Shown piece by piece: positions 37,626 to 51,679 of a stretch of DNA of 64,000 nucleotides (positions are counted from its first letter, which is position 1; every line of letters begins with the position of its first letter). Under the pieces are notes generated by a model, which made no database searches, was not told the origin of the DNA, and saw only the letters and a program-made list of their open reading frames with translations. Made by a program: the position numbers and the translations under genes. Origin of the DNA: Pecten maximus (lineage: Eukaryota); the NCBI RefSeq assembly GCF_902652985.1, contig NC_047015.1, forward strand, positions 45,818,001 to 45,882,000. Direction: 5' to 3'.

Positions 37626-38584
37626 CCGTGTCGCTAACCCAGTGTGACAATGTCCTATCAGGGTATGGTGACTTCTCCACTCGCTACACTGAGAGACGAT
37701 ACGCCGACAGAAGCGTAATTTTGATCAAAATAGATTTTTCGAATGTAACGTTAGGCATATTAAATTGGGAGGACGGGCGATGGTTGTGTTGTGAAATGTC
37801 TTTTACTGAACATTTTATTACTTCAGAATATGTTGTATTTAGTTATACAGCAACCACAACGAGAATTGTGTACAAACCACGACTCGTATCTACTTCTCTA
37901 AATGTACCCATTCCTTGATTGGTACACAAGATAAAAGCTTCGATTCCATTCGAGATGGATCAAAGTTAACGATTTCAACAAAACTTTGATTTCTAACATC
38001 GTAAAATATGTCATATTTTGTTTTCTGTATAAAACTAATGTAGAAGTATAGGAAACTGAAATAAAAAGGAAATATTTTCAACCATTGAAAAATAGTTAAT
38101 TAAACTCACCTGTCACTCTGTCAGACTAGAACGCGTGGTTTCCGAACTGGGCGATTTCCGACACTCGTCTACGCAGAACTAACACTCTGTTCAATATTGC
38201 AATATACAGTACAGGAAAATCTACCGTTGGATTTGTGGATTTCTCCCAAAACCATACCGGCACAACTAGCTTATCTTTGGTGATGATGGGTTAAATGTTA
38301 AGGTTAATATTGTGGTTTAAACGTGACCAGACAGATACCAATGACATTTTAACTGTTACTGAGGTTTAATTGGCTGTATAGCTTCTTGTTGTTTCAATTG
38401 TGATGATATGGTACGGTGAAAATATCGCCATTTTAGATTGACGAAATTATGTTTTTCGCGGATATTTCCAAACATATTTTTGTTATGCGATAAACAATAT
38501 CTTAAATTAGTTGCCATTTCATTTGAAATTCATGAAACTCGTTACGAAATTAATGTTCATTCAAACTCGCCAGAGGCTTGATGT

Positions 38585-38800
38585 AAACTTTATTTATTTT
38601 ACAACAATTACGAAACAAGTTATATCAACTTATATTTATCACGCTTGTTGGCCCGAATAAAAGCGCGCGAGCGTCTTACTGTGGCAGAGAACCCACGTGG
38701 TTGGGTTAGGTGACCCCATATGTTTTTCACGTCCATTCTGGGAATCGAACTTCGACCGTCTTGTTGAAAGGCAAGTGTGTTACCACTGTGCCACCCGAGG
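38585..38800 (-). mobile_element. tRNA-derived SINE (family B)
   Basis: Minus strand: ggtggcacagtggtaacac (A box) ... gttcgattccc (B box) ... ataagttgatataacttg...taaataaa. Confidence 0.75.
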
Positions 38801-40639
38801 CTCGACGAAATGGAGAACTCTTAAGACTCGTTACATGCATTTCATATGAAAATGGAACTTATTGGAGATAATCTAATGTAATATGTATTGAAAGTTGGTC
38901 ATCATTTAACAGGATATGGTGACACGTTTACGAATTAAATTCGCGAGATTATTTGATGTACTCTTTGCCAATATCAATATGTGAAATAACATCTCCAAAC
39001 TGGTTTCAGGGTACAGCGTATTGAAGTCTATTTTACGTGTACTTTTCCGAATGATAATTGTCTGTTACCTTTGCATTATATGTACTTATCGTCAATACCT
39101 GTTTATTATTGAAATTGTTTTTGTGTAATAAGTCACGTGTTGTTATAAAATGTTCTAAGTTGACCATAGTTCTGTCCATGTCGAGAAAAGACACTCGTAT
39201 TTTTGTAAAAACTGATGCCAAAATTTGCCGTACCATACATATAAGTTTGTATAAAATTAGTATGACGTTAGACTGATGTTCAAATTTCGTTTGTTGATCA
39301 ATATCTGCAGTTGTGACTTACGTTAGTTATAACAATAAGCCAAAATGATATATATGACATATTTTAGGTTGTCTTCATTTATTTTTATATGCTACAGTAA
39401 AGACGTTTTTAGTGCGCTATTAACGATGATAAATGTCCATGACCTATATACATGTATGTACAGTTCATTGTACGTAACGTATTGGTTGTTATAAATAACA
39501 TAATAAAGTGATTTTACGTAATAGCTGATATCGTGTCTGTTGTTTCATTTTATTTTTTCTTTTAGTTTTTATTCACTCAAATGTCCATCCATCTGTCTAT
39601 CTGTCTTTTTGCTATCGACTATATGCCTCTGCCATGAATTCGAAGGCATACACTTTTATCCGTCGTCCGTCCGATTTTCAATGCAAAGAAAAAATGGCTT
39701 GCTTGTAGTTGAAGGTTTTACGGTAATGCCTTTATAAAAGTGACAGCGTGCTGATATTTTGCCCATTTTTAACGACCAGACATCAGTGTTGATGAAAATA
39801 TATATTAAGATTTTGACACGATTTGGACGGCAGATACACTGGCATGTAGTCTAGCTTCATTTTCTTTACTGATAGACTAAGGCGACATTGTCAGAAAATA
39901 ATTTACTGCTGTAGGCCCATATTAGTAAAATACATGTCGGACGTGTTCGCACTGCATCTACGTAGGTCATTGGACAGCTTTTTAGCTGATAACATTTTTT
40001 TTTATTGTAATGTTCATCATTCGATCACTAGGTTTGCGCATGTCTATTCACAGTCTACTGAGTAGGCCTACTGATATAAACAAATAGTTATTAACAATAT
40101 GATAGTCTAGCAACTGTTTATAACAAAGTACTTGAAAAATAACTTATTTTAGTGTTTTATTCGAGTGGAAGAAATACTAGCTCACCTCTGTAGGAGCCAC
40201 GTAATGAATGCTTATCATAATGATAATAATCCAAAATAGAGTCGAGATCACTAAGTTAGGTCCTAGTTATACTGAACAAATTATTATCATTGCTGTTTTA
40301 TAATCATTCATTACAAACCCCAGCGGTTTCTAGGACAATTTACCCTAATAAGCACTGGATAGCATGCGATGGGTCTCCCGCGTGTTGTTCAGTGAGGTAG
40401 TTACCAACTACTACAAGAAGACTCCCGCCTCAATATATAAATGATAAACCCAGAATCATACTTAACGATATCATTCAAAGGGAAGCAACTCCCAAACCAA
40501 ATATAAATATTAAATGTAGTGCATATTTCTAATAGTACATGAAATTACTCTAGGATATTGCATGTGAAAATTATACAACTTTACAGAGTTTTGAAATATT
40601 TTCAAATATTGTACATACTTGATATATACAACAGAACTA

Positions 40640-40725
40640 GCGTATCCAAATAACATTAAATACTAACTGCTCCCTGGCGGAAGTTGATATATTCTTACCG
40701 GAAGCTGTCCGTATCCAAGCAACAT
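40640..40725 (+). promoter_or_regulatory. Putative promoter of the EF-hand gene with two RFX X-box-like and ETS motifs
   Basis: GTATCCAAATAAC (40642-40654), GTATCCAAGCAAC (40711-40723), CGGAAG twice between them. A non-coding exon probably ends at cacag|gtaatg (~40812). Confidence 0.5.
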
Positions 40726-41168
40726 TTCAACATCTGACACTGCTTTGTGGTCTTCAAGAACGTTTCCCTGATTACAAGGAACAGAAGGAAATTTGACAGC
40801 TGCTTCGCACAGGTAATGCAATGTGATGTTTCAAGACGTTTCCTTTTAAATTTCTAAGGAAAGATTTGATTAAATCAAAACGATATGCACTGCTATTAAC
40901 CGTTCCATAATTGACTTGTTTTGTTGACTGTTTTCCGATACAGTCAATGACAGGAGACCTACTACATATTATGGAAGTGTTAAAAGATACCACATATTAC
41001 GTAACCAATAATCCCTTTAGCAACATCTGCATAATCACCGCCTTTGAAAAAGAGTAAGCGGGGCTTGGAGCAGACTTATATATTATATAGAACAGATCAA
41101 GGCAATATACTTATGTATATATATACAGTATGCATTAGCTACTTCATTTTCTCTTGAAGGAAGTCAAC

Positions 41169-44100
41169 ATGCCTGCTGCTGTAGTAACTGCGACAGACCT
41201 AGAGAATAATATCCGTACTTTGTCGCAGACAAAGAGGATACGAGTCACTGAATACTTCCAGGATTTCGACAAACACCGGTCTGGATATATTTCAGGTATA
41301 CTAAATACAGCATAAACCACTTTGTAACATTAATGAATTAATGAGCATGAATGTAATGTTTTGTTTGAAATACAAATCGTTTGTAACTTTATTGTACAAC
41401 ACATTGAAATTTCAAAACATTGCTTTCCATTAGCATGCCAACTGGATATGTTTTTAAGATTATATAATTTCAAATATTTGAAGTATAATCTCTGATATAC
41501 AAAATTTGCTCCTTTATTTTTTACAGACCAGCAGTTTTTCCGATGTTTATGGCAAACTTTTGAACTCCAGTTAGATGCTGAACAAGCAAATGTTTTGCGA
41601 AGAAAATATGATTTAAAGCGCGATCAAAGAATCCACTACAAGTCTTTCTGTGAAGAAATAGAGAAAAACTTCAACCCTGGTGATCTTACAATCGATCCTA
41701 AATTACAGAAAAAGGCAGCTCCAGAATTGTGAGTTTCATATTTTATAACAAAATTAATTATGAAGTACATGTATTTGATATGAGACCTATTTGTTATTTG
41801 TATATGGTTATATATAAAAATAGAATTTTATCCATTATATTTCACAAACTGAATCTGACACTGTAAAATGATATGTGGTAACTTAATCAGTATTTTTCTG
41901 TGCTTGAATTTGTATTCAGTTATCATCCAGGGGATATAATTGTATGTAATGGAAATAGGGCAATGTAGGGTGGGGTTTGAGAAATTTGGGACATTCATAT
42001 TTGAACACATTGCCATTTTGTACAGGGATGAATTCCAGATGAGATAAAACATGCTTTTCAAATATGCAGTAAGAATAAGTACCTTCAATATCATCTTTTT
42101 ATAATATTGCAGTTTGGGAACCAAACGGTCTGTCAGGCCATTGAGTCCGCAGACAGAAGATAAAATCTTGAAGCTCCTCCAGAGAATGCAACAGTTCTAT
42201 CAGTACCATGGGATCAACCTGAGGACTTGTTATGAGGACTTTGACCGTCATCACATGGGTGTAGTCACTGAGAGTCAGGTAAAAACTTTTCACAAAAACA
42301 CTTTTTGGGCAATTATAACGAGAAAAAAAAGGAAAAAAAATACTAATTTATATACATTGTTCAATAGGATTTATGCTGCAATTTAAAAAAAAATGAATTC
42401 ATGACATATGTCAATAACTATCTAATATTTATCTAAAATCCCTTTTTTTTTTGTTATTGTTGTTTGGGAAGACATGTAATATTAAATAGTAGCAATCAGT
42501 GACCATGGTAATTGATGCATAGTAGTTTTGAATTTCCAAGCATATTTTGCTGATAAAATGCTAATTCTTATATAATAGTACCAAGTATTTTTTTGCGTAT
42601 GTGCAGTTTTACAGAAGTTTTCCTGGACCCCCAGATGTTAATGACAATGAAATGAGTATGCTGGTGATGAAATACCGTGACCCTGACAAGCCAGGTCTCC
42701 TCAACTATCTCAATCTGCATCACGACATTGTGGCTATCGGGCAGCAACTCATAGGGTCTGTCAGCAGTGTCTTGGACAGGAATGTAGATCTGGTCCCGTT
42801 GATGGTAAGCTTCTACATTTACTTTTCATTGGTTGATATATATATTTTAACATTGGACATTTCCAATGGACAGTCAAGCTATATACTTTGCTTTTTGATT
42901 ATGAACTGTCAAAAACAGATACCAGCTCAGATCCTAGTTGTAATCACAAAATTAAATGACCATGTCAAATGAAGCCACATAGGCACAGTTGTAATGTATA
43001 CACCAGTCGGCAGGCATGCATGGTGAGCGGTGACCGACTCCCCTCTCTCACCAAGCCCCAGGCTAGGGCGGCTACACAGGTGGTGGGGGTGTTTTGTTTA
43101 CATAATCAGTTCAGGGTCGAAGTGTCTGAGATTTCCGGGGTTTTATGAGGGAAGACTGCTCAAATCCGGGAGAAATTTAACCCCGATTCGGGAATTGTAC
43201 CAAATCTGGATTTAGGGGAAATTTTAATGATTTTCCGGGCACTTCCCGCGTAATCCGGGATGGTTGACACCTATGCAGCTGGGTACATGTATTGAGTGTG
43301 TCAGGATCAATATCAGATACCGGGATATTCATTTGTAAGTAAGTTGAGTGAGCTTAGGGCTTCTAACTGAGACTTTTGTCAATCTTTTGATGGTGCAGTA
43401 AGCATTCTAACATTTTAGAATTTAAAAAATGCAATTATGTATTCATTATTTTCCAATAAATAATACTTATACATGTACATAGATAACTGTTTCAAACAAC
43501 ATGCTCCCATTTCTGATGATTAAGGTACATATGTTAATTTTTAGCCACATATATTTAGTTTGCATGACATGATTAAATGTTAGAATACAGAATATCATGT
43601 CTATGACTTGTTTTCCTGTGAAATGAATAATCTTTAATTCATAGATGTAATCACTCAGTTACTATCATGTTGAACAATCGATAATCAATTTCTCATCATA
43701 TATTGTAGCCAAACGTGGATCCAGCTCTCAACACAATCTTTGACAAGATTCGTGTAGCCGTGTTTAAAAATGGAATCCGTACACCAGAGTTTTTTAAGGA
43801 CCATGACAAGCTGAGGAGTGGGATAATCACAGAAAACCAGTTTGTGTGTGGGCTGGCTCTGGCGGTGGGTAAGGAGGCCCAGCTCTCACGAGCAGAGATA
43901 CAGAAGGTGGTGGAGTATTACAGACAGTCAGACGGCCGAGTCCAATACCATGAGTTCTGTGACATGATGGAAAATGGTAAGTCAAAAATATTCAATACCT
44001 GTAAATTTAACATGTCCAAATGGTGATCAGAAATTATGGTTAATATTAATTACATTCTGAATTTACTTAATCCTGATTTTTTGTACATTCAATTGTTATC

Positions 44101-47100
44101 AGTCTGGGTTTTTATGTACATATATATATAGCACTATTCAAAATGATTTGATTCTTTCTGTATATATGTACATACAATAAGTGTTTGCTCAGAAATGTTG
44201 AAGAAAAAATACTGTGCACAGATGATGTCTTTTGTAGTTCTAAAGAATCTATTAACACATGTTGTTTTATTCACAGCATTCAATATCCCCCATTTGGACA
44301 AGAAACCACTTCAGAATGTTGTACGGCCATTGAAGGGAACATTGCATAGAGTGAGTTGGATTGCAGTCGTACAACTTTCCTCTTTAATTACACATGTATA
44401 ATTTAGATGCTTTTCTTTTTCAGACTAGTAACTTATCTAATTTAGAGTCAACTGATTCAAATTAAAGTTGCTGCTGTAATTACAAAAACAAATTACAATG
44501 CGATTGTTTTTTTTCCCAAATTTTTCAAATATATTCCTAACTTTAGATATGTTGGCATTAATCAAACAGAATATTGTACGACCAGAACACTGGTAAATAA
44601 GTGGGTGACATCATCATTATAATTACCAGTAATGGAAAAAATGTGTTGGTTATTATAGGGACTGAAGCCTTTGACAGATGAACAGGAAGCCCGTATCAGG
44701 GTCATCCTTGGGGAAATTGCGGAGCAGGTCAGGAGGAGGCGACTCTTGATGTATCCATACTTCAAGGATTATGACAGGGTAGGAATCCATGTATAGAAAT
44801 ATTATATAATGTACAAATATATATATCTAAATCATAATGAGGGTAAGGACTGGTAGCAGTGATTACAAGGTATTAATGAGGGATAGAACTGGTGGCAGTG
44901 AGTACAGGGTATTGATGAGGGTGAGGACTGGTGGCAGTGAGTACAGGATATTATTGATGAGGGTGAGGACTGGTGGCAGTGAGTACAGGATATTATTGAT
45001 GAGGGTGAGGACTGGTGGCAGTGAGTACAGAGTATTATTGATGGGGGTGAGGACTGGTGGCAGTGAGTACAGGATATTATTGATGGGGGTGAGGACTGGT
45101 GGCAGTGAGTACAGGGTATTAATGAGGGTGAGGACTGGTGGCAGTGAGTACCGGGTATTGATGGGGGTGAGGACTGGTGGCAGTGAGTACCGGGTATTGA
45201 TGAGGGTGAGGACTGGTGGCAGTAAGTACAGGGTATTATTGATGAGGGTGAGGACTGGTGGCAGTGAGTACCGGGAATTGATTGGGGTGAGGACTGGTGG
45301 AAGTTATTATAGGGTATTAATGAGGGTTATGGCTGGTGGCCATGATTGCAGGCTATCGATGTGGTTTATCATTTTTGGTTTTATTTACAGGGTATTGCCT
45401 ACACCAGAATTGTGACTAAAACCCAGTTTGGACGTATCCTCCACTTCCTCAGTCTAAACATAGCTGCAGAGGACTTTAAATTAATCTGTTGTAAGTTTGA
45501 GGACCCAGCAAGTGGCGATGTCAACTATCCTGCATTTGTCCAGGCAGTGGATCAAGGTATGGGCATTTGAAAATACCAGTTTCTTCGTATGTCATATGTC
45601 CTGACACTAATCCCTTTATATCAGGACTTGTACATATACCACTTGTGTCATGACTTATGAACTATATATTTATCCCTCTAGCCTACTGTTTCCTCCATCA
45701 ATCCCCAATGTCATATACTCCCCACCATACAGTCTCCATCTTTCAGAAGAGCATTCCTTCAGTATAGATATCAATGTTACGTTAGGAATTAAGTTTACCA
45801 CCTTACTTTACACAGAATTTGTTGGCCATACTCTGGATGATGCAAATATGATGGACAAAAACCGTACCAACACACCAGTACCCTCCAGACCGGTCAGTGC
45901 CTCAGACAGCAATGTCAGCTATGAGGACCTAATGGCCAGGATCAGACATATTGTCCTCACCAACAGACTTCGGGTAAGTTTTCATCGGACATATCTTCAT
46001 TACCGACACGGTTTAGGTAGGCCCCAATCAGACATCATCCTCACCAACACACTCTAGGTAGGCCCCAATCAGACATCCTCACCAACACACTCTAGGTAGG
46101 CCCCAATCAGATATCCTCACCAACACACTCTAGGTAGGCCCCAATCAGACATCATCCTCACCAACACACTCTAGGTAGGCCCCAATCAGACATCCTCACC
46201 AACACACTCTAGGTAGGCCCCAATCAGACATCCTCACCAACACTCTCTAGGTAGGCCCCAATCAGACATCCTCACCAACACTCTCTAGGTAGGCCCCAAT
46301 CAGACATCCTCACCAACACACTCTAGGTAGGCCCCAATCAGACATCCTCACCAACACACTCTAGGTAGGCCCCAATCAGACATCCTCACCAACACACTCT
46401 AGGTAGGCCCCAATCAGACATCCTCACCAACACACTCTAGGTAGGCCCCAATCAGACATCCTCACCAACACACTCTAGGTAGGCCCCAATCAGACATCAT
46501 CCTCACCAACACACTCTAGGTAGGCCCCAATCAGACATCATCCTCACCAACACACTCTAGGTAGGCCCCAATCAGACATCATCCTCACCAACACACTCTA
46601 GGTAGGCCCCAATCAGACATCATCCTCACCAACACACTCTGGGTAGGCCCCAATCAGACATCAACATCCTTACCAACACACTCTAGGTAGGCCCCAATCA
46701 GACATCCTCACCAACACACTCTAGGTAGGCCACAATCAGACATCCTCACCAACACACTCTAGGTAGGCCCCAATCAGACATCCTCACCAACACACTCTAG
46801 GTAGGCCCCAATCAGACATCCTCACCAACACACTCTAGGTAGGCCCCAATCAGACATCATCCTCACCAACACACTCTAGGTAGGCCCCAATCAGACATCC
46901 TCACCAACACACTCTAGGTAGGTAGGCCCTAAATATCCACTGATAACTTCTATGAAGTTGAGGTAAGCTGATGAAACATGTTTGTTTTATGTCCCTAGGT
47001 GATCGAGTTCTTTGGGGACTATGATACCCTAAGGACTGGCTCTATCAGTAAGAGCCAGTTTCGGCGGGGCCTTTCCCTGCTGGGCCTCAGTAAGCTAGGT

Positions 47101-50100
47101 CAGCATGACCTGCTGGATCCCCAGTACCAGGTCCTCATTGATTATTACCAGAATCCTGCCAAGGAAGACCAGGTCCTCTGGACCAAGTTCACCTACGATG
47201 TGGAAACAGGTGAGTAGAAACCAGATCCCGAGATAAGTCTTTACATACCATATATTTATCTTGTAGTAAGCCCAGGGACCACTGCATAATCTTTTACTCA
47301 TAGTAGGGTGTCCTGCTGTCGCCTTTTTACTAGTACAATGAAATTAGCATTTTAGGAACACCACCTTGAAGGTAACAAACTTCAAGGAGGCCGATTCCAA
47401 AGGCTCATAAGGTGCATGCATAGGGGAATCGAGCACCAAAGTCAGATTCCACTGTGGAGCTAATTACCGTACCCTAGGCCTGTCCAGACCAAACCCCCGA
47501 ATCAGAGCAGATAGAGAGGAGGATGTACTTAGCTGGAAAATTGACAAGAGTAGGCTTTCTATATATATATATATATACATGCAGGCCTGGGTTCACTGCT
47601 GGATACATTTAACTATATAGGTAATGACAGTCATGTAGAAGTAATTATCAAAATGTATCAATATCAACAATTGACTAAACACTTGCACAAGATATATGTA
47701 AATAAGAAACTATCTAATGTTGTTGTAATGGTTTGAAACGGATGTATTCCATAAAACCATGTAAGCTATAGATCCATTCATAATATGACTCTATATTTGT
47801 GTTGTTATTGTAGTTTTCACACAGCCAGGGTTAGAAAAGGAGCCAACCTACCAGGTCCCCCCTGTGGACATGTTCAGGGTCCCCAAACCTGGGAGCATTG
47901 ATTGGGTGAATGCCACAGAGGACCACAAGACGCTGTTTGAGAGCACCATGGAAAGGTTGAGACAGAGGATAAACCAACGCAGAGTTCTGGTTAAACCAGT
48001 ATTCCAGGACTTTGATAAGTAAGAATTTACCGATGTTAATTACCCATTTTTCAAAAAGTAACACTGCTCTACCTCAATATCAAAGTAAAGTGGAAGTTGT
48101 TGAGATATACAGTACAACATAGTTTTAGCTGTAATTTCAGTGATTTATTCATAAGCTATACATCACATCTGTACAGCATAGTGTTTTTGTTGTACTGTCA
48201 GTCTTTACATGTATTTTAAGAAGCACCTTTTTATATTAGAGGCCAAAGGTGAAGTTCTAATGTTGTTATATAGTGTTACTGTATTTCTAGACTGGTAAAC
48301 ATTATGTTATGGCATTCTGAGCAATGTTTGGTGCAACAATTCAATTAAGAGACCAACTGAAAAAAGGTCAAGGTCATTGAGTGACGATGCCTAACCTATA
48401 AGCATGCATTTGTGATCACAAACAGTCAATGTCGTATCATTACATGAACTTTGTCTTGTGTTTTAAATCACTCCTCTAGTTTTACATCAGTCAAGTCAAG
48501 CTCACTATTGGCCATCTGGTATTAAGCTCTTTAACTTTGACATGTCTGTATAATCACTCTTATCATCCTTACAGACACAACAATGGCCATGTCACCAAGG
48601 CCCAGTTTCGACAGTGTCTAACCATGCTGGAGTTGCACTCCACAGAGGCAGAAATGTCTGGTCTGGAGGCAAAGTTCTGTAATGATGTTGGCTTCAACTA
48701 CATACACTTCCTCAATGAGCTGCAGCCAGTCATACCACCAAAGTTTATGTATGAGACTCGTCTTGAGGAACTGCGTCTTACAAACAAGAAAAACAAATTG
48801 CCAGAAATCAACGTCGCAAATGATTTGGAGGAAGTTCTCATGAAAGTGAAAACAAAGGTAATGCCACAACAGTAGATCATTTGGTTTTGATGTATTAATG
48901 GCTTAATGCCCTATCAGTCTATCAACTCCTCAGTCACACCTCCACTTTAATGCATTTAAGTCTTTTCTTAGTCATTAATGGTGATAGGACTTTTTCCATT
49001 AAAGATGTAGTACGGCATTCATGTTTCTGTCTACATAGCTAGATTTTCTTTTCACACAAAATAACAACATGATTTTCCAAAGAACAATATATTACATTTT
49101 GATAGCTATGAATTCAGTTTAAAAATTCAATTTGGTCTAAATAATGATGAAACCATCTAAAATACTTCCAACAAAACTCACACATGCATGTATATATTAT
49201 ATACTAGTATCAACACTCTATGTAGCCATATGTATCATCACCATTGTGGACGGTAATTTATTAATGATTTAATGGTGAACTACAATGTACATATTTTGTT
49301 AGTTTTTTGAGTAATTGATTTTAATGGAGACTAAATTCCACCATGGTTCTTGCTTTTCAGGTGATGAAGGAGCGTATCCGAGTAATAGATTATATGAGGG
49401 ACTATGATAAACTGAGATCTGGTAGAATGCTGAAGACATCATTCAGGAGAGCTCTGGACCTGTGTCGCTTTGAGCTGAAGGAGAGTGAGGCCTCTATACT
49501 GGAGGACAGGTGAGAATTTATCAGCATTTGTCACTGTACACACTGTACAGAGGACATTTTACGGCTTTGGCATCTGGCCCCGTTTTAAAGTTATAGCATT
49601 TCTTATTTAATCGGTTCATCTACTTGTCAATGGGTTTTCTTTAGGTCTAACCAAGGGAATCGTGGTGCTAACCGTAATATTCCTGTAGATCTTAAAGTTA
49701 TTGGTACAGTATATTATAAATTTTGAATTATTCACGAGTCTTCCAATTAATCAGGTATATAAACAATGGCATTTTCACAACCCTATTACAATGTACCCTC
49801 TAAATGTCTCTGTTATAAATGGACGGACTGGATAAAAAAATCTATTTGAAATTCTTCTTTGATGGAGGCATGACTACAAATCAAACTCCCTACCATTAGG
49901 AAAAGGGTCCTATAATATTCTTATTTTTTTCTGTAGAACAGCATTTTCAACCGACAAATCTGACATTTAATCACATGTATCTGATTGACATGTTAACTGT
50001 GTAGGTATGAATTAAATGTTGATTCACCTGTGTTGTTGTAGATACCAGTCCTCTCAAGATATTGATTATGTAGACTACCTGAGATTCTGTGATGAAGTGG

Positions 50101-50825
50101 AGTCTATTTTCACCTTTAAGGAGCTAGAAAAGGCTCCTCTGCAAGACCCAGTTCAGTTCAAACCTCCAAAGGAGTGGGCCCTCAACAAACTGACAGGGGA
50201 AGCTGAAATCAAATGGCAAGCCTGTATGAATAGAATAGCAGAGAAGGTAGGCCATACTGCTTCTCCATAATATGTTGTACAAATTTGTTTGGAGGATAAT
50301 TTTTTTTGGTCTTTTCTCAGTACTCTAAATTAACAAATTCATATGTCCAGAAATTTTGAAAACTGTTGAAATTTGATATGACTCTTTAATATTTGTAGCT
50401 GATTTTGGGATACTATTAGTCCACAAAGCCATGCTCCCAAGAAATTCATCAAATCCATGAAATTAAAGTCCCACAAAAATAGGATTTTACTGTACATCTC
50501 AATACAACCTGGATATAATTCTCCTCACCTTCATTAACCTGGATATAATTCTCATCATTCATTTAAATTGTAGGTGAGGAAACACCAAATGCAATTGTAT
50601 CCATTGTTTGAGGATTATGACAGGGTCCACAATGGTACAGTCTCACGATCACAGTTCCGCAGAGTGCTAAGTGAGCTGGAACTGGGCAGTCTCGTCAATG
50701 AGCAAGAGTTTGATTTACTGTGGTTCAAATTTGACGTGAAGATTGGCGGCAAGGATGACGTTGAGTATATAGCTTTCTGTGAGATGATCTATGAGCTGGC
50801 TAAATTTGAATGGAGGAAGCCATGA
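41169..50825 (+). CDS. Uncharacterised multi-EF-hand protein (~927 aa), EFCAB6/FAP115-like, probably ciliary
   Basis: 15 GT-AG exons join in frame: 41169-41295, 41527-41728, 42113-42278, 42607-42804, 43709-43976, 44277-44350, 44659-44778, 45391-45556, 45816-45973, 46999-47209, 47814-48018, 48575-48857, 49361-49509, 50042-50246, 50574-50825 (2784 nt). Repeated RIRVxEFFxDxDxxRxGxIxxxQF...V.Y..F EF-hand pair modules. Family name is inferred. Confidence 0.88.
43100..43275. mobile_element. Probable hAT-type MITE fragment
   Basis: Clustered ccggga/tccggg motifs ending in ggttgacacctatg. Confidence 0.4.
44837..45335 (+). repeat. 39/42-bp intronic minisatellite (gagggtgaggactggtggcagtgagtacagggtattgat)
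   Basis: Direct reading; unit length is a multiple of 3, giving a spurious 192-aa ORF. Confidence 0.93.
46015..46928 (+). repeat. 38/41-bp intronic minisatellite derived from the upstream exon end and donor, ~23 copies
   Basis: atcagacatcctcaccaacacactctag|gtaggcccca versus exon end atcagacatattgtcctcaccaacagacttcgg|gtaag. Confidence 0.93.
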
Positions 50826-51679
50826 TGGAACTAACAGACAGTAAAATGAAATTTTAAAAATCAACAATTAAAAAAAAAAACAATCTAAAATACTAATTAA
50901 GAATACAGAAAAAGAGTCGAAAGTGGACGTGAAGCTTGGATTTGGAAAGGGAAACTTAGTATATTCCCATATCATCTAAACCTGTGATCATTTACACAAA
51001 CATAATATGTTGGACTGGAGGGTGTCCGACACATCCTTGTTTATCTATTACTCTGTTCAACTGCTGCCTACTTTACATGTTGTCAAAAATAACTGAAAAC
51101 ATCTGTGGACATATATCTTTTGTGATGCTCTTCCGACAGAAGGATTTTCATACAAGGTTTAAAATGGCGGAAATGGAGAGTATGACTGCAATACACATTT
51201 CTGACTAATGTTATTCTAGCATTGGTTTTGTTTGTATTGAAGATATATAACCATTATTTACAAACCTATACCATTGTTGGAAGTGCTCTTATGACTAGTG
51301 ATAAGTAATATCTTAAAGGATCTTTGTTAATGCAAAATGTTACTTTACAATTTATTTTGCTGATTTAAGATTTGTCTTATATAGTTTTATGTTTACAACT
51401 GTTTTATAAATTATGACTTGTATTTTCTTTATGTCTGACAGTTTCAGCTGTGAAATGAGTCTGTGATATCAGTTTACATCAGTATTTTTATGATTGCCAT
51501 AACTATGCAGGCATATATCTATAAAGCATGTGATGGTAGTATTACTTAGATGATAATGTAACACCACATTGGGTAGGTCACAGGTAACATGTCACTAGAT
51601 ATCAATACTATGTACTTGTGTTTATATTGTAAAGAACAAATAAATATCACCTGTAAATAAGTCAGCTTGATTTATGTTT

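Noticed and set aside
44837-45415. 192-aa MRVRTGGSEYR repeat ORF
   Set aside because: Intronic 39/42-bp repeat; the flanking exons join in frame without it.
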